From Escherichia phage Sa157lw, in sequence record OK322699.1: 64,000 bases of DNA. One strand, 5' to 3'. Shown one piece after another: positions 1-10,283 of the stretch (positions within the stretch are counted from its first letter, which is position 1; every line of letters begins with the position of its first letter). Below the pieces are notes generated by a model that did no database searches, was not told the origin of the DNA, and saw nothing but the letters and a program-made list of their open reading frames with translations. A program made the translations under genes and the position numbers.

Positions 1-842
1 TTAATAATGGTCACAATGGGGTTAAGTATGAAACCCCGTTGTTTTACCAAAACGATTTTCCTCTGTTCATCGAGTTCATGGACACGTTCTTTAATTGGCT
101 GTATCGGCAGCAGGGCTTCACTCAAGAAGAAATTTTGGCATATCTGGCAGACACTTCGAGTTGGATGAATCCTGAGAGTGAAGATTCACCTGTTAAACAA
201 CTCATAGATTTAAAGGCCGACAAAACGCCAGGTTCTGAAGCCAAAGATTATTTGTCAGATAAATTTTTGGTCAGAACATTTGAGAACATGATGGCTCTTG
301 ATGCCGAGATGCTGCTAGACGCTGATGGAAGGCCGTTGCTTTCTATTGAAGACAAGAACAAGCAGATAGACGACTGGTATAATGATTTTGGGTTTCAACG
401 AACTGTCGATAAATCATTTCAAGAATTTGGACATTTTATTCCAGTCGGTTCGGATTCTTTATTGACGGCCACGGGCGATACGTTCTCTGTTTATATTGAA
501 GGAACTAAACGAAGAACTCTGGATCATCCGCGTTGGCTGAAATTGTTGAAACACATCTATAAAATACGTGGAACAAAGAAAGCGATTGAATTGTTCTTTT
601 GGATATATTTCGGTTGTCCAGTCAGCGTCTATTTTACGAAAGAAGACATAGGCGGACTGGACGGAAATTTTGAATGTGACGGCACGACAGGGATGCGTGA
701 TGATTACTATTATGATGAATACACTTATGTTATAGGAGTCCCAGGCGACGTATCTGATTTTGAAGGTGTGTTTGAGCGCGTCTTCCGTCAGCATTTCCAT
801 CCTGCTGGATTTACTGTATTCCTAGAAAGCACAAGGAGCTAA
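1..842 (+). CDS. virion structural protein, 3' portion (gene begins upstream of window)
   Basis: Reading frame is open from the window edge; the listed start at 39 is an internal TTG. Sits immediately upstream of the fiber/tailspike cluster. No recognisable motif. Confidence 0.4.
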   Translation, partial: NNGHNGVKYETPLFYQNDFPLFIEFMDTFFNWLYRQQGFTQEEILAYLADTSSWMNPESEDSPVKQLIDLKADKTPGSEAKDYLSDKFLVRTFENMMALDAEMLLDADGRPLLSIEDKNKQIDDWYNDFGFQRTVDKSFQEFGHFIPVGSDSLLTATGDTFSVYIEGTKRRTLDHPRWLKLLKHIYKIRGTKKAIELFFWIYFGCPVSVYFTKEDIGGLDGNFECDGTTGMRDDYYYDEYTYVIGVPGDVSDFEGVFERVFRQHFHPAGFTVFLESTRS

Positions 843-844
843 AA

Positions 845-2035
845 ATGGCCGATTTCCTGAGTCAATATACAGGTCAGCAGATAGATCAGATATTGGGTTC
901 TGTTGACGACAAAGTAAGTAAAAACGACGTCATTGATGATTTTGAAGTCAGTGACCCATTGTTTCCGCCTTCTGCTCGCCTGACTTATGAGTTGAAAAGG
1001 TCTGTGGATACGATTAATGATACCCTGACCAACAAAGTTATAAGAACGGATAGTGGCGAACAGACAATCAACGGTAAGAAGACATTTAATGCGCTGTTGG
1101 TTACTAACGGGGGAATCCAAGTCCCCACTGGGAAATCTGTTTCAATCGCGGACGAACCAACCAACTCAACAGACGGTGTCAACCTGAGTATGTTGAGGAA
1201 ACATGGTGTCAGTGAAGACACCGCGCCAGATGGGTCTGGTTTGGCTGGGGAATTATTGACTTCCGGATATTACAAATTCAAACTGGATTTTAACAGATTG
1301 GCTGCGTATACGGAATTAACTCTCCCAACATCAGTTCCCGTGCAAACAGATTCTGGAGTTCGCACATGGTCAATGACTGCATTTTTTAATGCGTTATTTG
1401 CCGACAACCGTTTTAACGGTTATGTAACGACGACCACGTATGATGCCGACATGTTGAGTCTGGAGTCTCAGCTTAACAATATCAACACGACGTTGAACGG
1501 CAAAGTCAACACGTCAACTTACAACACAAAAATGGCTTCGTTGGATTTGAGTATATCCAACATTAACACATCTTTGAGCAACAAGGTTGAGGTCAGCACA
1601 TATAATACGAAGATGACTTCCTTGGACGGCAGTATCAGTTCTCTTACGACTGGTAAGGTCGATGTATCAACGTATAATGCCAAAATGGCCACAATTGATA
1701 ACAGTTTGGGGAACGCTGTTTATCGCACCAAAACAAACTTGTCATCACTGACGGTATCGGCTTCTGGAACAACAGCTCTGCCAGACTTTGATTTGGTGAA
1801 ACTTTGCCAGATATTGGTAACAGCACAATGGGGTACAGGAGATGTCGTAGACACATATCGAGTCACCATAACTCGAGATGGGACGATTAAGTCTGAGCTG
1901 CTGATCCAGAAAAGTACGAGCGGAACTGTGACGTTTACGGGTTCTGTAGTTGGTGGGAAACTGAGGATTTCTGTTGTCAATGCCAATACGACAACACCTT
2001 GCTCAGTCGATTATTCTATTACAGCATCTTTCTAA
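845..2035 (+). CDS. tail fiber-like protein with tandem repeats
   Basis: ATG at 845 with AAGGAG SD. Ser/Thr/Asn-rich with four ~25-aa repeats (VNTSTYNTKMASLDLSISNINTSLSNK and variants); position directly upstream of tailspikes. Confidence 0.55.
   Translation: MADFLSQYTGQQIDQILGSVDDKVSKNDVIDDFEVSDPLFPPSARLTYELKRSVDTINDTLTNKVIRTDSGEQTINGKKTFNALLVTNGGIQVPTGKSVSIADEPTNSTDGVNLSMLRKHGVSEDTAPDGSGLAGELLTSGYYKFKLDFNRLAAYTELTLPTSVPVQTDSGVRTWSMTAFFNALFADNRFNGYVTTTTYDADMLSLESQLNNINTTLNGKVNTSTYNTKMASLDLSISNINTSLSNKVEVSTYNTKMTSLDGSISSLTTGKVDVSTYNAKMATIDNSLGNAVYRTKTNLSSLTVSASGTTALPDFDLVKLCQILVTAQWGTGDVVDTYRVTITRDGTIKSELLIQKSTSGTVTFTGSVVGGKLRISVVNANTTTPCSVDYSITASF
1427..1745 (+). repeat. in-frame tandem repeats (about 4 x 24-27 codons) inside the fiber gene
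   Basis: Repeated protein motif xSTYNxKMxSLDxSIS visible in translation; boundaries approximate. Confidence 0.5.
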
Positions 2036-2037
2036 AA

Positions 2038-2077
2038 CTAAATACCCCTAGATGACATGAATACATTTAGGGGTATT
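2038..2077 (+). promoter_or_regulatory. late-promoter motif CTAAATACCCC (2038-2048) within a 10-bp perfect inverted repeat (2041-2050 / 2068-2077)
   Basis: AATACCCCTA and TAGGGGTATT are exact reverse complements; motif recurs upstream of other structural genes; ATG at 2082. Confidence 0.6.
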
Positions 2078-2081
2078 ACAA

Positions 2082-5000
2082 ATGGCCAACAAACCAACAC
2101 AGCCTCTTTTCCCTTTGGGTTTAGAAACTTCGGAGTCTTCGAACATAAAAGGCTTCAACAACTCCGGCACCATAGAGCATTCCCCTGGTGCAATATTGAC
2201 GTTCCCTGAAGATACTGATGTTGCGGGTCTCCCATCTTCTGTGCGTTACAATCCTGATAGTGATGAATTCGAAGGTTATTACGAAAATGGCGGGTGGTTG
2301 TCTTTGGGTGGTGGCGGAATACGCTGGGAAACGCTCCCATACGCTCCCTCCAGCAATCTGTTAGAAGGGCGCGGCTATCTCATTAATAACTCCACTGGGA
2401 CTTCTACGGTGGTTCTTCCTTCCCCTACGCGCGTTGGTGACTCGGTTACAATTTGTGATGCCTATGGTAAATTCGCGACGTATCCATTGACCGTATCTCC
2501 AGCGGGAAATAACCTGTACGGCTCCACCGAAGATATGACGATATCCACCGATAACGTGTCGGCGACTTTCACTTGGTCTGGTGCTGAGCAGGGTTGGGTT
2601 GTTACATCTGGTGTTGGCCTCGGTCAAGGTCGTGTGTACAGTCGAGAGATTTTCACTCAAATTTTAGCATCTGATACAAATGAAGTGACTCTCAACATCC
2701 CTCCGACAATTGTGGACGTGTACACTGATGGGAAACGCCTTACAGAATCCAAATATTCTTTAAATGGAAACGTAATCACTTTCGACCCTTCTTTACCTGC
2801 TGGCACTGAATTGCAGGTAATAGAATATACTCCGATTCAGTTAGGTACTGGCGGCGGGGGTTCGGGCGCTTCTGCAATCACCTGGATTTACAATGGCGGA
2901 TCCGCTATCGGCGGCGAAACCGAAATAACGCTAGACATCGTTGTAGATGATGTTCCGGCTATTGATATAAACGGGTCTCGTCAGTACAAAAATCTTGGAT
3001 TCACGTTCGACCCATTGACGAGTAAAATCACTCTGACGCAAGAACTGGAACCAGAAGATGAAGTTGTTGTGGTTATAAATGGGACACCAAACATTTATAA
3101 CCAGATCGATCGTTCTTTACAGGAAGTTGCTCGCGCCTACAATTTTACAAATGCTCAAGTTATTTTGAGCAACGATTATACTTCTGCACTGGATAATAAA
3201 GTCGTTATTTATGATACGACATCCCAACGTTCTTGGGGGATTCCATCTGGAATTCCAGCAGGTTCTACAGTGGTTTCCGTCAATGGGGATCAACTGAAAT
3301 ACAAAAATGGATCAACTGAAACCACTGTTACATTGGTGAGCGTACCAGGTAGTGCAGAGAAGTTGAAGAACGATCTGGCGTCGAACTCTGGCGCGGGCAT
3401 GTTGAAAACTTCTAGAGGTGATACCGTAGAAGAAGAATTGACTTTTATTAATCAGAATATGGTCGTTCAAATTTCAGATTTCGCGAGCCTTAGAACTTTA
3501 GTGCCAGCCACAGCGGGCATCCGAGTCAAATTGAAAGGTTATTATTCTGGTTCTGAAATCGGTGGCGGAGAATTCATTTCCGTCGCTGGTGATGCTGTTG
3601 ATGATGCTGGGATGATTGCTCGAGTGTCAAGCAGCTTTTATTGGAAGAGAATTATCGACAAACATATTACTCCTGGTATGTATGGCATCAAAGGGAATCT
3701 TCCAGAAGATCCGGCAGTGAAACTGAACGCTATGTTTACGGCTGCGGCTGCGGCTAACGCTTATGTCTTACTGAACGATGTTGATACTCTGGTCTGTAAA
3801 AGCCCTGTCGTGATCCCAGCACATTCATTAGTGTACGGCAACAAACGGACCATATTGAAACGTGATGCATCGTTGTCATATGCTAATGATTTCTTGACAA
3901 TTATGAATGATTCATATGTCAAGGGGATCTATGTTGATGGTAGCCGTTTAGATTCTCAGACTCCTCTAGAAGCAGTTTTGGTGCGCATCGCTGGGAATGT
4001 GACTATCCATAAGAGCGAGATCCGAAACAATGCTGGCTATGGCGTTGTTGGTAACGCAGTCCCTGGCATTCGTATCACCAAGAACATTTTTTCCAACTTC
4101 GCCAAAGGTTGTGTGGCTATGTTTGGCGACGGAACGGCGACGAGTGATGATCTGCAAATTAATGATAACAGATTCTTTAACCTGGGCGCGGGAACCATTT
4201 ATGTTGGCGGTTACTCAAACTTCCTTGTCGACAAAAACGTCGGAAGAGGCACTTACGTGGGTTCTCCAGGAAACCGTCTGTATGTTGTGACCAATACCAA
4301 CGGGACTATCACCCAAAGCGCTGGGCCAGATTTTGGGGCGCTGAAAACGGGTATGTTCTTTGTATTGCCTGGTGGTTCTGAACATATGATAACTGCTGTC
4401 AACAGCCTTACAAGTGTGACAGTAACCCCACCACCGCCGTCGAACGCCACAGTTCGTGCAATCGCAGGGACAGGGGATCTTCTGGGCATCCAATCATGCT
4501 CCTACGGCACCATCAGCCGTAACAACCTGACCGATTGTGTGACTTACGGAACTGGTGGAGGCACGATGGAGGGGAGCACTCTGGGTTGCAATTATGTCAC
4601 TTGGGAAGACAACTTCATCCGCAACACAGGTAAGAACGGAATCAACGTCGGGCAATCAGGTGCTGGGGTCGCCACGTGTTCTATCCTGAGGAACACTCTG
4701 ATACAGGTTGGTAACGGCGGTCAGGGTGTTGGCCCAGCGTATCTTCTGCCTTGGTTCGATACGGTAGGTATCGCTCTGTATCAGGGAAACCCAGGTTATA
4801 TGGCGAATATGGACGTCAGTGATAACAACGTCTCTACATGGTCTGGCGATCTGAATGACGGCGCTGCTTGGTTTGGTATGAGCGGTTGTACGGAAGCCAC
4901 TGTGACTTGTACAGGCAACAAATCTTCTGGTTATTCCGACGGCTATGTTCGTGGAGATATATTAGAAGTCACGTTGACAGGTTATGGTACAGGGGCGGCT

Positions 5001-5255
5001 GCGACTTCATTCGTTAGTGATGGTGAGTCTATACAGATAACCGTTCAAACAGGTACTTCACCAACAGCTTCTCCTTATTTTTCAGTGCGGAAGGCGATCC
5101 GCACCCGCCATCAACCGATGATAACGGCGCAGATCGTCACCACAACTGGGAACATGTCTCATTGTTGGGGTATGCAATCTAGTACAGCAGGAAACTGGAT
5201 GGTGGGTCAGAATACAACTCCTTCAGGGGTCACGACGTATTACGCAAAAGGGTAA
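2082..5255 (+). CDS. tailspike protein (1057 aa), T4 gp10-like N-terminal domains plus parallel beta-helix
   Basis: Shares an internal module with the 926-aa tailspike (DRSLQEVARAYNF...VVIYDTTSQ vs DRSIQEIARSANV...VVYDSAAQ); C-terminal NxGxG beta-helix-type repeats. Confidence 0.7.
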   Translation: MANKPTQPLFPLGLETSESSNIKGFNNSGTIEHSPGAILTFPEDTDVAGLPSSVRYNPDSDEFEGYYENGGWLSLGGGGIRWETLPYAPSSNLLEGRGYLINNSTGTSTVVLPSPTRVGDSVTICDAYGKFATYPLTVSPAGNNLYGSTEDMTISTDNVSATFTWSGAEQGWVVTSGVGLGQGRVYSREIFTQILASDTNEVTLNIPPTIVDVYTDGKRLTESKYSLNGNVITFDPSLPAGTELQVIEYTPIQLGTGGGGSGASAITWIYNGGSAIGGETEITLDIVVDDVPAIDINGSRQYKNLGFTFDPLTSKITLTQELEPEDEVVVVINGTPNIYNQIDRSLQEVARAYNFTNAQVILSNDYTSALDNKVVIYDTTSQRSWGIPSGIPAGSTVVSVNGDQLKYKNGSTETTVTLVSVPGSAEKLKNDLASNSGAGMLKTSRGDTVEEELTFINQNMVVQISDFASLRTLVPATAGIRVKLKGYYSGSEIGGGEFISVAGDAVDDAGMIARVSSSFYWKRIIDKHITPGMYGIKGNLPEDPAVKLNAMFTAAAAANAYVLLNDVDTLVCKSPVVIPAHSLVYGNKRTILKRDASLSYANDFLTIMNDSYVKGIYVDGSRLDSQTPLEAVLVRIAGNVTIHKSEIRNNAGYGVVGNAVPGIRITKNIFSNFAKGCVAMFGDGTATSDDLQINDNRFFNLGAGTIYVGGYSNFLVDKNVGRGTYVGSPGNRLYVVTNTNGTITQSAGPDFGALKTGMFFVLPGGSEHMITAVNSLTSVTVTPPPPSNATVRAIAGTGDLLGIQSCSYGTISRNNLTDCVTYGTGGGTMEGSTLGCNYVTWEDNFIRNTGKNGINVGQSGAGVATCSILRNTLIQVGNGGQGVGPAYLLPWFDTVGIALYQGNPGYMANMDVSDNNVSTWSGDLNDGAAWFGMSGCTEATVTCTGNKSSGYSDGYVRGDILEVTLTGYGTGAAATSFVSDGESIQITVQTGTSPTASPYFSVRKAIRTRHQPMITAQIVTTTGNMSHCWGMQSSTAGNWMVGQNTTPSGVTTYYAKG

Positions 5256-5265
5256 TATTGAATGC

Positions 5266-5302
5266 CTAAATACCCCATATTGGACATCCTTTATGGGGTA
5301 TT
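5266..5302 (+). promoter_or_regulatory. late-promoter motif CTAAATACCCC (5266-5276) within an 11-bp inverted repeat (5269-5279 / 5292-5302)
   Basis: AATACCCCATA / TATGGGGTATT exact reverse complements; right arm contains the GGGG SD of the ATG at 5306. Confidence 0.6.
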
Positions 5303-5305
5303 ATC

Positions 5306-7402
5306 ATGATTTCTCAATTCAATCAGCCACACGGCTCCACTTCAATATTTGTTAACAAACAATCTATCGCTCGAAATTTCGGTGTCAAAGAAGACGAAGT
5401 CGTTTATTTCACTGCTGGTATTGATCTCAGTGGATTTAAAGTAATTTATGATGAGTCTACCCAACGGGCTTATTCTCTTCCTTCGGGTATTGTTTCAGGA
5501 ACGACTGCGATAAGTCTGAACGAACAAGCCATCCTCACTCATTCCGCTGGCTCTGTTGACCTTGGGGAATTAGCAGTAAGCCGCGAAGAATATGTGACTT
5601 TACCTGGTTCTTTTAATTTCGGCCATACCATTAATGTGAAAAATGAACTTCTTGTTCACGATGATAAAAAATATCGATGGGATGGTTCACTTCCTAAAAC
5701 TGTCGATGCTGGCTCAACACCTGAAACATCTGGTGGCGTTGGTATTGGTACATGGCTGAGTGTTGGTGACGCAGCATTTAGACAGGAAGCCAACAAAAAA
5801 TTCAAATATTCAGTAAAGTTATCTGATTATTCTACATTACAGGATGCAGCGACAGCAGCCGTAGATGGATTGCTTATTGATGTTGACTACACTTTTACTG
5901 CAGATGAGAGTGTAGATTTTAGCGGTAAAGTTTTAATCATTGAATGCAAGGGAAAATTCATTGGCGATGGTATGTTGGTTTGGAATGGTTTGGGTGCGGG
6001 TTCAGTAATTAAGAAACCGCACATGCATACTAAAACTACGCCGTATACTGTTTACCGATTCGATGCAAACGGTAATTGGGTTACAGACCCAACACAAGTT
6101 CTGGCATCTGTTCAGCAGCGTTTGGATGTTGGATATAAGCCAAATATTAACGATTTAGATATTTGGGACGACCTTCCTGATAATGTAAAAAATCAGGTTG
6201 CTGGTGCTACTTTGCGAATAATGAGCGGCGATAATATCATCGTAGAGAACCCAGAAGCTACATTTGGTGGTTATCTATTTACTTTATGTAATAGGATTCT
6301 TGTTAAGAATCCACGCAATTTTATTGCTTTGGAATCGGGCATTACATTTGAGAACCATCATACAACTGCATGGGGTACTGGCAACTGGGTTGTTGGGGGT
6401 GAGATTAAATATGGCTCTGGTTCCGCTGTACTGTTCATTCGCAATGATGGTGGTACAGACCATGATGGTGGAGTAAGGGATTTAATATCCTATCGCGTTG
6501 GAGAATCTGGTGTTAAAACCTATCAAAATGAAATAGGTGGTCGTTCAGCCAGGAACTACCGTTTAGTGTTCGACAATATAACTACAATCCAGTGTTACTA
6601 TGATGGTATTGATGTTAATGCTGACACAGGGTCGCCAACTGAACGTGTGGATGACTACTCACTCGCAGAGTATCCATGGTTCCACCTACCTACTCAACAT
6701 ATCATCCGTAATATTATTACTCGTGATTGTATGGGGATTGGTGCTTGGTGGGATGGTCAGAAAAATATTATTGATAATGTTGTTACTTATGAGGCCCATA
6801 AGGAAGGCGTCTTCGATAGGGGTACTAACAATGATATTACTAACATTACTGTAGTAGGTGCGAATAAGGATTTAACTAACCTAAATCAGATTACCTGTGA
6901 GGGAGGTAGTAGACTTCGTGGTATTAACATCCATGCATATACTACACAAGGTTACGCTATATACGCTCCGTCTTCAGAAGTAAGTAATGTTTCCTGTGCT
7001 GGTTCCGGTACTAAGAAATTACTATGTACCTATATAAGCGATATTCAGGGAGGTAATATCAATGTTCAGCATAGTGCCAACCAAATGACACTTGCAATGC
7101 AACCTGCTATGGGTGGTACTACAAACCCATCTTTGCTTATGACGGCAGATTGCCAGGTTGCTACACCAGGGGGTGAGGCAAGTATTGTCAAGCTTTCGGC
7201 AATTCAGGAGGGTGTACGTGTAGGTGAGTTTCAGCTTAACCGCTTAGGCTTTAAGCATATGAGTATACCTGCTGCCCCTTTACAATTACCAGAGAGCGCT
7301 CTGGAACATAATTCATCTATAGGATTCTTCTTCGGAAGTGACGGAGCATTGAGGTTGCTTGCTAAAAAACCAGATGGAAGTTATGTAACATACACACTTT
7401 AA
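5306..7402 (+). CDS. tailspike protein (698 aa) with N-terminal anchor domain shared with the 596-aa tailspike
   Basis: First ~140 aa align with the 10338 gene (GSTS...IARNFGVKEDEVVYFTAG...QRAYSLPS vs GSTS...IARKFGCKKSEVVYAKAG...QRAYSLPS); divergent C-terminus. Confidence 0.65.
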   Translation: MISQFNQPHGSTSIFVNKQSIARNFGVKEDEVVYFTAGIDLSGFKVIYDESTQRAYSLPSGIVSGTTAISLNEQAILTHSAGSVDLGELAVSREEYVTLPGSFNFGHTINVKNELLVHDDKKYRWDGSLPKTVDAGSTPETSGGVGIGTWLSVGDAAFRQEANKKFKYSVKLSDYSTLQDAATAAVDGLLIDVDYTFTADESVDFSGKVLIIECKGKFIGDGMLVWNGLGAGSVIKKPHMHTKTTPYTVYRFDANGNWVTDPTQVLASVQQRLDVGYKPNINDLDIWDDLPDNVKNQVAGATLRIMSGDNIIVENPEATFGGYLFTLCNRILVKNPRNFIALESGITFENHHTTAWGTGNWVVGGEIKYGSGSAVLFIRNDGGTDHDGGVRDLISYRVGESGVKTYQNEIGGRSARNYRLVFDNITTIQCYYDGIDVNADTGSPTERVDDYSLAEYPWFHLPTQHIIRNIITRDCMGIGAWWDGQKNIIDNVVTYEAHKEGVFDRGTNNDITNITVVGANKDLTNLNQITCEGGSRLRGINIHAYTTQGYAIYAPSSEVSNVSCAGSGTKKLLCTYISDIQGGNINVQHSANQMTLAMQPAMGGTTNPSLLMTADCQVATPGGEASIVKLSAIQEGVRVGEFQLNRLGFKHMSIPAAPLQLPESALEHNSSIGFFFGSDGALRLLAKKPDGSYVTYTL

Positions 7403-7417
7403 TTTATCTTGAGCAAA

Positions 7418-7445
7418 AACCCCGCTTTGGCGGGGTTCTTATTAT
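7418..7445 (+). terminator. rho-independent terminator (AACCCCGC-TTTG-GCGGGGTT plus T-rich tail)
   Basis: Perfect 8-bp GC-rich stem directly after the stop at 7402. Confidence 0.6.
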
Positions 7446-7475
7446 ACCTTTGTTCATAAATTTTATTAGTTCAGA

Positions 7476-7513
7476 CTAAATACCCCATATTGGCAAATCC
7501 TTATGGGGTATTT
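7476..7513 (+). promoter_or_regulatory. late-promoter motif CTAAATACCCC (7476-7486) within a 12-bp inverted repeat (7478-7489 / 7502-7513)
   Basis: AAATACCCCATA / TATGGGGTATTT exact reverse complements; right arm contains the SD for the ATG at 7518. Confidence 0.6.
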
Positions 7514-7517
7514 TCAA

Positions 7518-10283
7518 ATGACCAGAAATGTAGAAGAATTATTCGGCGGCGTAATCACAGCTCCCCACCAGATTCCTTTCACGTATAAATCAAATGTCGG
7601 TGGAGAAACTTTCATTTCTCTACCTTTCTATCCTGTCGCTGGTGTTGTCACAATTAACGGCGGGGTGCAAGTTCCGTTAGACAACTTCGAAATAGACGGG
7701 AATACGTTAAACCTCGGGCGCGCATTGTCTAAAGATGACGTGGTTTATTGCCTGTTCGACAAAATCCTTTCACCAGAAGATACTTCTAAAGGTATTCGAA
7801 TATACAAATTTCAAGCCGTGGGTGGAGAAACTGAATTCACGCCTGACTTTACTTCTTATGGTGTCCAGTCTCTTTATATCGGTGGTGAGTACAAAACTCC
7901 TGATATAGAATATTCATACAACAGTACGACTGGGAAAGTTTCCTTACAAACTGCGCTGACTGCAGGGGTGTGGGTTGTTGCGGAGATGTCTGTTAAACAA
8001 CCGAATATCAGTCCGGCGTTCGATCGCAGTATCCAAGAAATTGCCCGTTCGGCTAACGTAAAAGACTCTGAAGTCATTGTCAGCACTGATACCATATCTT
8101 TACTCGACGACAAGAAAGTTGTTTATGATTCAGCGGCGCAGATTATTTATGGTTTACCAACTATCCCTGATGGTTCAGTGATTTCTTCTGTTAGTAATGG
8201 GCAACTTACTTATAATCCAGGTAATGTTGTAGTGGATTTGTTGCCTTTAGAAGATTCATTTATTAATGTGATAAACACTCTGGGGCGCAATGATGGTGCC
8301 AAGTATATCGGAGAATGCCATTCTGTTGCTGATCTCAGGAATACTGAACCCACTATGGATGGACAACGCATTATTCTTAAGCAACACACTGCGGGTACTC
8401 TTCTTGGTGGAGGGGTATTCCGTGCGTTAATTGATGGTACAGGAAAGACTGATGATAACGGCACTGTGATCAAAACTGTTGGAGGCGCAGCCTGGTTACG
8501 TGTTAATGCTGATAGAGTTAACCCATTCATGTTTGGTGCTTTGGGCGGTTCTAATGATGATACTATTCCAGTACAATCTTGTGTGGACAGTGGTAAGGCC
8601 ACACAATTAACTGGTGTACATTACGTTAGCAATATCCGGTTAAAATATAATACGTCGTCTATTTATGGGTCTGGATTACATTACTCCAGGTTGCATCAGT
8701 TGCCTTCTGCTACTGGGAATTGTATTACCATAAAAGATACATGCTCCCTTATTGTATTAGACTCCTTTGGGGTATATGGCACAGGTGCACAACAAGGCAC
8801 ATCATTTACTGCGGGTACAACAGGTATCTATATAGAAACTCCTTCAGGTCTCTCAGCTGATTATCCGTTCCACACTACCGCAGACCCAAGACGCGACTTG
8901 TGTATTTCTAAGGTCCATATAGCAGGTTTTGATGAATATGGGTTAAATATTGATAGTGGTAACTTTAGTGTTACTACAGATTCTCTTTTAGTCAACCACA
9001 TCAATCAGGTGGGCGTCCGTTGTGCTACTACTGATTGGACTTGGACAAATATCCAGGTTAATACCTGCGGTAAACAATGTCTGGTTCTTGATGGTTGTGG
9101 TAATGGTCGTATTATTGGTGGTAAATTCATTTGGGCTAACTGGCAACCTTATGGTACAGTAGGACAGTTCCCAGGCATTACTATTAATAATAGCCAGAAT
9201 ATGGTTATTAATGGTATTGAGGTACAAGATTGTGGCGGGAATGGCATTGAGATTAGCGATTCATATTCAATTTCCATGAACGGATTGAACACCAATCGTA
9301 ACGGCATCAACGCTAACAACACTTTCTACAACATCGTATTTAACAAAAGTGATGCAGTTATCAACGGATTCGTAGGACTCAATTATGCCGCGAATAGTGG
9401 TTCAGGTGCTAACTCTAGTGCGGGCAATTTTCAGTTCCTGTCTAATGATTGCAGCGTCACCATTAATGGTGTGGTTGAGACTGGTTATATGGGCATTAAC
9501 TTTATTGGTGATAACAATATTATCAACCCCACAAATTCCGACCTGAGCATTAACGGATTGGTTAATTATTCCAAGACTGGTTTGCAAACCATGAACGAGA
9601 CCCCTACATTTGATGGTGTTAGCACTACACCTGTTTATGTAAGTGTCCCATCTTCTGTAGGGCAAGTAAATGGTCTGAGACTATCACAAGCCAACAAAGA
9701 TAAATTACTGTACTCAAGAACAGCAGGTCCAGAAGGTATTACCATGGCTGCTGTTGTAGTACCTACCATATCTGGAGCTGAAGTATTTAACTTCATGGCC
9801 ATTGGTTCAGGGTTTAGTGATACATCCAACAGTCTTCATCTTCAATTAGTTATAGACGCTTCCGGAAAACAAACAATTGCTTTGCTATTGGGGGGCGATG
9901 GTACAACCCAAATTTTATCTGGGGATTTACCTAACGACCTTAAACTACAAAGTGGTGTGCCATATCATATAGCTATTGGTGCTAAACCTGGATATTTCTG
10001 GTGGAGTATTCTTAATATTCAGACGGGTAAGAGAATCAGACGGTCATTCCGAGGCGCTTATTTAGCTGTACCATTTAATTCTATATTCGGATTAACTTCT
10101 TCATTAACATTCTTCTCGGATAGCAATGCTGGTGGGGATGCCTGTTCTGGTGTAGGTGCTAAAGTGTATGTTGGTATGTTCTCTTCTGAGAATGATTATG
10201 TAGCTTCACGGTACTACAACCTGATTAATCCTGTAGACCCTAATAAGTTAATTAGTTACCGTATATTGGATTCTTCTATTTAA
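7518..10283 (+). CDS. tailspike protein (921 aa from ATG 7518), gp10-like domains plus parallel beta-helix
   Basis: ORF-track start 7503 lies inside the palindrome; ATG 7518 preferred. Beta-helix repeats (VINGIEVQDCGGNGIEISDS...). Shares module with the 1057-aa tailspike. Confidence 0.7.
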   Translation: MTRNVEELFGGVITAPHQIPFTYKSNVGGETFISLPFYPVAGVVTINGGVQVPLDNFEIDGNTLNLGRALSKDDVVYCLFDKILSPEDTSKGIRIYKFQAVGGETEFTPDFTSYGVQSLYIGGEYKTPDIEYSYNSTTGKVSLQTALTAGVWVVAEMSVKQPNISPAFDRSIQEIARSANVKDSEVIVSTDTISLLDDKKVVYDSAAQIIYGLPTIPDGSVISSVSNGQLTYNPGNVVVDLLPLEDSFINVINTLGRNDGAKYIGECHSVADLRNTEPTMDGQRIILKQHTAGTLLGGGVFRALIDGTGKTDDNGTVIKTVGGAAWLRVNADRVNPFMFGALGGSNDDTIPVQSCVDSGKATQLTGVHYVSNIRLKYNTSSIYGSGLHYSRLHQLPSATGNCITIKDTCSLIVLDSFGVYGTGAQQGTSFTAGTTGIYIETPSGLSADYPFHTTADPRRDLCISKVHIAGFDEYGLNIDSGNFSVTTDSLLVNHINQVGVRCATTDWTWTNIQVNTCGKQCLVLDGCGNGRIIGGKFIWANWQPYGTVGQFPGITINNSQNMVINGIEVQDCGGNGIEISDSYSISMNGLNTNRNGINANNTFYNIVFNKSDAVINGFVGLNYAANSGSGANSSAGNFQFLSNDCSVTINGVVETGYMGINFIGDNNIINPTNSDLSINGLVNYSKTGLQTMNETPTFDGVSTTPVYVSVPSSVGQVNGLRLSQANKDKLLYSRTAGPEGITMAAVVVPTISGAEVFNFMAIGSGFSDTSNSLHLQLVIDASGKQTIALLLGGDGTTQILSGDLPNDLKLQSGVPYHIAIGAKPGYFWWSILNIQTGKRIRRSFRGAYLAVPFNSIFGLTSSLTFFSDSNAGGDACSGVGAKVYVGMFSSENDYVASRYYNLINPVDPNKLISYRILDSSI

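Noticed and set aside
7503-7517. ORF-track start of the third tailspike at ATG 7503
   Set aside because: This ATG lies inside the right arm of the promoter palindrome and has no SD; the ATG at 7518 is preceded by the GGGG SD.
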